Source: Candidatus Poribacteria bacterium (GTDB lineage: Bacteria > Poribacteria > WGA-4E > JAJDTR01). Taken from it: 64,000 nt of DNA. The position numbers and the translations under genes were made by a program. A model generated the notes under the pieces. That model was given only the letters and a program-made list of their open reading frames with translations. It ran no database searches and had not been told where the DNA came from. The stretch spans positions 2,217,209 through 2,281,208 of the forward strand of contig OZ244829.1 of NCBI GenBank assembly GCA_965220415.1. The letters are read 5' to 3'. Below are positions 58,488-64,000 of the stretch, piece after piece. The stretch's first letter is position 1. Every line of letters starts with the position of its first letter.

Positions 58488-59495
58488 ATGAATCGACCTC
58501 CGGAATCATTTGTGCGAGTGCAGGAAGACCGTTTGCTCGATTTTTCAACGGCTTGTTATGAGAAAGCCGGTTTGACCCACGACCACGCGATGCTGATTAG
58601 CCGGTTGCTTGTGAACTCCGATCTGCGCGGTGTGCGCACTCACGGAACACGGAACACGAATGGCTACTGCAGCGGTTTTGAGAATGGGAGTCACAATCCG
58701 CAGCCTGACATCCAGGTTATCCATGAATCGCCAACCGCCGTGGTTCTTGATGGAAACGGAACACTGGGTTATCTCCCGATGGTTCGTGCGACCGAACACG
58801 CCATTGAGAAGGCGAAAGCGTTGGGCATCGGAATGGGACTTGTGCGCTATATCGGGCATTACGGATCGGCAGGTCACTATGCACGCATGTGTAACGAGTC
58901 AGGTTGTATCGGATTTTCGGTGCAGGGGTATTCCGATCAGGGCAGAGCCGGAGAGCGTGGGGCGCAACTGGGTTACTTCGGCAACCCGCCCATCTGTTTT
59001 GCCATTCCGTCCGATGAGGAGCCGCCGGTTGTGCTTGATGCCGCGACCTGTATCTTGGCGGATTATCAACGCGGTCCCGAATTTGACGAACTCTTGTCAT
59101 TGATTCCGGCGGCGTTTTTCAAGAGCATCGGATACACAGCGATTGCCAGCTTGCTCGGCGGTGGGTTGACCGGATTCACCGAACCTCCGCCCGAAGGCAC
59201 CGCCAAATGGAGTGGCGCTAGATTGGGGGGAATGGTTCTCGCCATCCACGTCGATTCCGTGGTGCCCGAAGCGGTATTCACAGCGGAGGTTGATCGGATG
59301 GTAAAGGATGTGCGTGATACACACGAACCGATGCCGGGATATGATCGCGCGCTGCTGCCGGGCGCACTTGAAGCGGAGTTGACGGAGAAGCACCGCCGGG
59401 AAGGCATTCGTTACGGTGCGGAGGAGCAGCAGTCGGCGCGTGCCGTCAGTCAAAGGCTCGGCGTGCCACTGCCGTGGGATGAGCCGAACGAATAG
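58488..59495 (+). CDS. Ldh_2 family (malate/L-lactate/sulfolactate-type) NAD(P)H-dependent dehydrogenase
   Basis: PF02615-like motifs (GVRTHG, catalytic His region HYGSAGHY). ATG at 58488 with GAGGAG RBS. Confidence 0.7.
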   Translation: MNRPPESFVRVQEDRLLDFSTACYEKAGLTHDHAMLISRLLVNSDLRGVRTHGTRNTNGYCSGFENGSHNPQPDIQVIHESPTAVVLDGNGTLGYLPMVRATEHAIEKAKALGIGMGLVRYIGHYGSAGHYARMCNESGCIGFSVQGYSDQGRAGERGAQLGYFGNPPICFAIPSDEEPPVVLDAATCILADYQRGPEFDELLSLIPAAFFKSIGYTAIASLLGGGLTGFTEPPPEGTAKWSGARLGGMVLAIHVDSVVPEAVFTAEVDRMVKDVRDTHEPMPGYDRALLPGALEAELTEKHRREGIRYGAEEQQSARAVSQRLGVPLPWDEPNE

Positions 59496-59640
59496 GGCGG
59501 GATCAAGCGAGTGATTTACGAGTCTAATTTCCTATCGCCCTTCCTATTTGGTCGGGTGATCGAAAGGAATACCGTAGTGAATCCCGCGCGACATTGACTT
59601 GAGACTTACAACTTGAACGTCCTCCGAGTAACTCAAACTA

Positions 59641-60240
59641 TCATTCTTCCACCTCTTCAGATAACTGCCCATGCTTCTCGCGGCAGCTATCAAACAGTAG
59701 GTAGGCGTCGGCCGTTTGCTGCTGTTTTTCACGTAGCTCTCTTTTGGCGGTCACGAGTTCGGGTATGGGCGATCGGAGCACCGATGAATAGTGCAAGGCA
59801 AACATCATCACGAACAGCGCTCCCACTCGAAGTAGCTTGTGTCTGGCACTGGTTGGCGCCGCGTCAAGAAGAACCATGGCCCAAAGACCACCAACGAAGC
59901 CGGCGACAACACAGGCTAATACACCGGTAATCGCAGGAACCACTTCGCGTTTGGAACCTAAGTTAGTACCGAAGATAGCGCCCCCCGCGATAGCGAGAAT
60001 CAGCATGTTGAAGGCAAGTTCCATTTCCGTTTTCGCAAAATCCTCATCCTGTGTCGCTCGGTTGTAAACGCGTTGTTCCGCCTTGCACACCTCCTCATCT
60101 AAACTTACAGGATTTTGATCGAACAGTTGTATCCTCAACCAACTAAAGAAAAAAAACAATACGAAAATGCCTGCCAAACGAAAAATGAATCTTACCCAAT
60201 AAGGAGATTGATATACTATCACAGACTCGTACCCCCGCAA
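59641..60240 (-). CDS. Hypothetical integral membrane protein (4 predicted TM helices)
   Basis: 199-aa ORF with hydrophobic segments (FIFRLAGIFVLFFFFSWL, ILAIAGGAIFGT, VLACVVAGFVGGLWAMVLL, LFVMMFALHY); no recognisable family. Confidence 0.45.
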   Translation of the reverse strand: MRGYESVIVYQSPYWVRFIFRLAGIFVLFFFFSWLRIQLFDQNPVSLDEEVCKAEQRVYNRATQDEDFAKTEMELAFNMLILAIAGGAIFGTNLGSKREVVPAITGVLACVVAGFVGGLWAMVLLDAAPTSARHKLLRVGALFVMMFALHYSSVLRSPIPELVTAKRELREKQQQTADAYLLFDSCREKHGQLSEEVEE

Positions 60241-60366
60241 AACAGGTGAGTTTCAGAGGTCTGGAGTGGCTAGACGTCTACAATCTGCCGTATGTTGGAA
60301 GAGGCAACTAATACAGTATAACATAGTCGGCGGAGATGTATAGCGATAAATTGACAAAGCGGATAG

Positions 60367-61491
60367 ATGACCGAATATCGTTGTAATGCCTGCCAGAGCA
60401 CATACGCCATCGACACCATTCGCTACAAATGCGACTGCGGCGGCGCCCTGAATCTCAGGACGTCGGAAAATCTCTTACCGCGTGACGAGATTTCGAGGCG
60501 GAGCGGTACGCTTTGGCGTTATCGCGAAGCCATTCCGGTTGATGATGATTCATCGATCGTTTCACTTGGCGAAGGCATGACGCCGCTCCGTCCGTTCCAT
60601 GATACTGCGTCCAAACACTACCTGAAATTGGATTTTATTTCGCCGACCGGATCGTACAAGGATCGTGGCGCCTCCGTGCTAATCTCCAAACTGAAAGAAC
60701 TAGGAATGCGAGAAGTCGTCGAGGACTCGTCGGGGAATGCCGGCGCCGCGATAGCCGCTTATTGCGCGAGAGCCGGAATCGGTTGCACTATCTACTGCCC
60801 CGCGTCCACGTCGAAAGGAAAACTCGCGCAGATCGGCGCCTACGGAGCGAGTCTCAAGCTAATCGAAGGTAACCGCGCGGCGACCACCGAGGCAGTGCTA
60901 GAGGCGGCGGAGACCACCTATTACGCGTCTCACAACTGGAATCCGTTCTTTCTGGAGGGAACAAAAACGGTGGCGTACGAGATTGCCGAGCAACTTGGAT
61001 GGAGAGCGCCCGACCACGTGATTTGCCCTATCGGGTTCGGGAGTGTCTACCTCGGCTTGTACATCGGGTTCAGCGAGCTATATGCGCAGGGAATTGTTAA
61101 CAATTTGCCTCGCCTACTGGGCGTGCAGTCTGCGGCGTGCTCCCCAATCTACAAGGCATATAGCAGAAGCGGGAAGATTAAGCGCACTTCGCAGACGTAT
61201 GAGACACTTGCCGAGGGAATCGCGGCGGAATACCCGATTCGGGGGGAAATGATAATGGATGCCCAACGAGGGACAGATGGGACATTCACCATTGTGAGCG
61301 AGGAGGAAATTACATCCGGAATCAAGATTCTTGCTCGAAGGGGCGTTTATGTTGAACCGACTTCAGCGGTTGTCGTGAAGGCGTTTGACAAGTTTGTGGA
61401 GGAGGGGGTTATCGGCCGGGATGAGGTGGTTGTCTCAATACTCACGGGTTCCGGGTTGAAGGCGACGGACAAGTTGATGAAGGTTTTCTGA
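60367..61491 (+). CDS. thrC: Threonine synthase (short/archaeal-type with N-terminal zinc ribbon)
   Basis: N-terminal CNAC...CDCG zinc ribbon, PLP-lysine motif SPTGSYKDRGA, and a Gly-rich PLP phosphate loop. Confidence 0.85.
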   Translation: MTEYRCNACQSTYAIDTIRYKCDCGGALNLRTSENLLPRDEISRRSGTLWRYREAIPVDDDSSIVSLGEGMTPLRPFHDTASKHYLKLDFISPTGSYKDRGASVLISKLKELGMREVVEDSSGNAGAAIAAYCARAGIGCTIYCPASTSKGKLAQIGAYGASLKLIEGNRAATTEAVLEAAETTYYASHNWNPFFLEGTKTVAYEIAEQLGWRAPDHVICPIGFGSVYLGLYIGFSELYAQGIVNNLPRLLGVQSAACSPIYKAYSRSGKIKRTSQTYETLAEGIAAEYPIRGEMIMDAQRGTDGTFTIVSEEEITSGIKILARRGVYVEPTSAVVVKAFDKFVEEGVIGRDEVVVSILTGSGLKATDKLMKVF

Positions 61492-61905
61492 GATATATCA
61501 AGGACGTGTTCTTATCCCGAGCCTATAGAAACAAACGCTACTGGAAACGGCGTGAATTCCCTCCAGTAAAGCCTATAGGGAGAAACTACACTTGACAGCG
61601 GTGGCAGTCTATGAGAGCATAGCGCTACTATTTTAGCAAACTTCCTTTCTCAATTCAGCCGCGCAAGAAGATGGGAAAATGACACTCCCCGCATAATTTA
61701 GTGTTACTAGAGAGGCGCGGCTATGGGAAGCCAATATGCCAGCCAATCAGCTTTTGCGGGAATGATATTTCGGTTCTTCGGACTCCCATGTGCCCTCTAA
61801 AAGATATACAAGGACGATTGTTATGGCGCAAACAGCAGAAGAGTTCGCCACCGGTTGATTCGAAACCAACTAAATCCAGCACGATTATTAAGGAGGCCCA
61901 AACTG

Positions 61906-62217
61906 ATGCAATCTTCTACGAAGGAATGGATAATTCAAACTATAGCACAACTACCTGAACCGGAGGCAAAACAGTTAAAAGACTACATCGAATTTCTTAC
62001 ATGGAAATCAATGCAAAAACGCAAGCCGGAAAACGGACAGAACCTAATAGCACAGAGCCTTATCAAAGCAATGGAAAATCCGCCACATCTCACCTATGAA
62101 GACGTTGAAGCGCTGCGTCGGTCCATTGAGGAAGGGAAGATGCCCGTAGATTTCGCTTCGCCCTTTGAGCCGGATGAACGTGAGAAGTGCGTAGGTTGGG
62201 TTGAACGGAAACCTTAA
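61906..62217 (+). CDS. Small hypothetical protein, DUF2281-like (LPEPEAKQLKDYIEFLTWK); 3' end reads into a MITE terminal repeat
   Basis: ATG lies 8 nt after AAGGAGG. The last 9 codons (EKCVGWVERKP*) are encoded by the left TIR GCGTAGGTTGGGTTGAACGG of the family-2 MITE. Confidence 0.4.
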   Translation: MQSSTKEWIIQTIAQLPEPEAKQLKDYIEFLTWKSMQKRKPENGQNLIAQSLIKAMENPPHLTYEDVEALRRSIEEGKMPVDFASPFEPDEREKCVGWVERKP

Positions 62218-62462
62218 TCAAATGCGGCGGGAAACTAGAAACCCTAGACTCACATGTTGTTTAATTCGCTAATACGCGAGTGAAACCCAACTTATTGTAA
62301 CATGCGCGTCGGATTGGTTGAAGCGTTGGGTTTCACTTTCTCCACCATAAGACAATGTTAATGTAAGGTGGATTCTATCCTAGTGTTCATGTGGATTCGT
62401 GTATGAGGGGACCTCTATCGCGGCCACTGTCCGTTCTCTTGATCGTTCAACCCAACTTACGC
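62188..62462. repeat. MITE-like element, family 2 (19-bp TIR GCGTAGGTTGGGTTGAACG / CGTTCAACCCAACTTACGC)
   Basis: TIRs at 62188-62206 and 62444-62462 with one mismatch; an internal 12-bp hairpin GTGAAACCCAAC...GTTGGGTTTCAC. Confidence 0.55.
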
Positions 62463-62473
62463 GCTACGAGGGG

Positions 62474-63949
62474 CTACGGATTTAACTCCACAACGAGTTT
62501 GCTCTTCGGGTCGTGGTAGCGGATGAGGCGCCCAACGGAGGAGACCCAGAATATCTGATCATCCACATTCAGGCGGAAACAACTCAACTTCTTACCGTTG
62601 ACGACGATGTCCTCGGCATCTTCGACAATGATTTGCGACGAACGAAGCGTCGCATCCCGCGGATTGAGTAGATTGACTTCCCACTGCAATTCGGTCGAAA
62701 GTTCCTGTTGACGGAAGATTAGGTCCCATCCCCAAAACGAGAGGTCTCCAATGAAATGAGGTGTTTTCTCGACCCACATTTTGAATCTTTTACCATCCAT
62801 CCCGAATCGAAGACGAGCCCCTTCCCGGGTATATTCATAGGACATCTTCTCGCCGTTTACCTCCATCTCCAATTGATAAAACAGCGCTTTACCATTCAGC
62901 GTAAGATAGAGACTTGATTGGGCATCGATTCGACCGAGCACGTCATCATCAAGGGTTAAGGCAGCCTCGATTTCATAACATTGGATGCCGTCATAGGTTA
63001 TAATTCGCTCGACACGATTCGCGCTCACCCCAATAGCTTGTCCGTCACGCGCAAAGGAATATTGGTTTCGCTCGCCGACTTGCAACGGAATCAGATCCTG
63101 CCAAGTAATCATGGCGCTCTGAAAATCGAGTACCTCCATCTTGCCGGGTTTCGTTGCCAAGCGACCATCTCCTCTCCACAAGGCAACGTGCGCCGCGCCA
63201 ACACCTTCGGTCTCCCCAGTGAGTGAATCCATCGCCATCCAATCTTCATTCCCCCCAAGGTTTACCTCTATCCAGTGATGTTGGACAAATACACCGTTAT
63301 TCGTGTACAGCAGTCCCCCGAGAACGTTCGCGGGAACGCCAAGCGAACGAATTAGTTCGACCGCAAGCCGCGATCTTGACAACGCGTTGCCGGATTTGTT
63401 TGAAAGACATTCATCGACAGAAACCATCCTCGGAATGTGAGAGATTTCCCCTGTCACCCAATGGACAACCGCTTTCACCGCATCGTAGCGTGTATCAGTT
63501 CCGGCAGCAATCTCCTTTGCTTTCACTTCAATCTCCCCGGAGGATTCGTCTGCAGGGCTATCTTGAATCGGTCTCGGGTTTGACGCCCGTTCAGGGAGTT
63601 TATACGACTTGACGTTAAGGACGCCGGCAATATGCGCGGTCTCGGTGCTTGGGTGCACCTTACCCTCAAACCACTGATTTGAAACATCGAGGCCCAATTC
63701 ACCTGATACAGAAACCTGGAGGTCAAGGCGCATTTGCAACGCGATAAGGTCCGCTGCAGCACCAAGTTCTCGATTAACGCTGAGGCGAGGCAGATTCGCA
63801 TCTTGACGCAGCGCCGCCAAACGGTTCTCAATTGCATCTTGCCTCGGCAGCACGGAATCGTCCGCAAGTACAATCTCGGTACTTTGTGAAGGGATGTCCC
63901 ATTTCACAATCCGCCGAGTTTGTCGATCATACCAAAAATCCATCGCCAA
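62474..63949 (-). CDS. Transglutaminase-like superfamily protein (possibly catalytically degenerate); the 5' end may extend past the window
   Basis: Core ...LIRSLGVPANVLGGLLY...QHHWIEV...WMAMDS parallels the GIPAR...HAW.EV...D transglutaminase-like core, but the Cys position could not be aligned. The reading frame is still open at 64000. Confidence 0.45.
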   Translation of the reverse strand: MAMDFWYDRQTRRIVKWDIPSQSTEIVLADDSVLPRQDAIENRLAALRQDANLPRLSVNRELGAAADLIALQMRLDLQVSVSGELGLDVSNQWFEGKVHPSTETAHIAGVLNVKSYKLPERASNPRPIQDSPADESSGEIEVKAKEIAAGTDTRYDAVKAVVHWVTGEISHIPRMVSVDECLSNKSGNALSRSRLAVELIRSLGVPANVLGGLLYTNNGVFVQHHWIEVNLGGNEDWMAMDSLTGETEGVGAAHVALWRGDGRLATKPGKMEVLDFQSAMITWQDLIPLQVGERNQYSFARDGQAIGVSANRVERIITYDGIQCYEIEAALTLDDDVLGRIDAQSSLYLTLNGKALFYQLEMEVNGEKMSYEYTREGARLRFGMDGKRFKMWVEKTPHFIGDLSFWGWDLIFRQQELSTELQWEVNLLNPRDATLRSSQIIVEDAEDIVVNGKKLSCFRLNVDDQIFWVSSVGRLIRYHDPKSKLVVELNP

Positions 63950-64000
63950 GCCGCTGTTATACCCCTGAAGCCAGTCGGTTTGGTAGGTTTCTTCCCCAAC

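Noticed and set aside
1-64000. tRNA, rRNA or tmRNA genes
   Set aside because: I scanned intergenic regions for T-loop-like GGTTCGAATCC/GTTCAAATCC boxes and rRNA-like conserved blocks and found none. Long intergenic stretches are instead explained by MITE/REP-like repeats.

Overview
This 64-kb window is bacterial chromosome at roughly 50% GC and is densely coding on both strands, with about 45 protein genes. Most are housekeeping: gnd, a family-III CoA-transferase, PBP4/dacB, tatA-tatC, moaD-moaE, argH, pyrF, an RlpA-like lipoprotein, lepA-lepB, two ABC ATPases, thrC, an Ldh_2 dehydrogenase and an alpha-oxoamine synthase. A 1310-aa surface protein ends in a Por/T9SS C-terminal sorting domain, which suggests a T9SS-bearing (FCB-group-like) lineage. 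Accessory and unusual content includes: (i) a 1186-aa protein with an N-terminal SIR2-like (SIR2_2) domain plus an ~900-aa helical C-terminus, with DSR1/DSR2-like architecture, the best candidate for a single-gene anti-phage NADase system; (ii) a type II R-M pair with overlapping genes (DPPY methyltransferase and a PD-(D/E)xK endonuclease); (iii) an IS200-like/RAYT tyrosine transposase whose 5' end plus GTAG-led GC-rich hairpins is tandemly repeated about 3 times in ~190-bp units, with one hairpin module lying in-frame inside the transposase gene; (iv) at least two families of dispersed MITE/REP-like intergenic repeats, one in a composite element with perfect 16-bp terminal inverted repeats and a 10-bp target-site duplication; (v) a 1442-aa ElbD-like four-domain lipid-biosynthesis megaenzyme (FAR, acyl-AMP ligase, ACP, PlsC acyltransferase) followed by a HAD phosphatase; (vi) an ABC ATPase, atypical 779-aa coiled-coil/4-repeat dual-anchor protein and TolC on one strand, with divergently encoded ABC-2 permeases and an IS relic; (vii) a UvrD-like helicase fused to a Cas4/AddB-type Fe-S nuclease; (viii) tandem paralogous membrane-anchored J-domain proteins. 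No rRNA, tRNA or CRISPR array was recognised.
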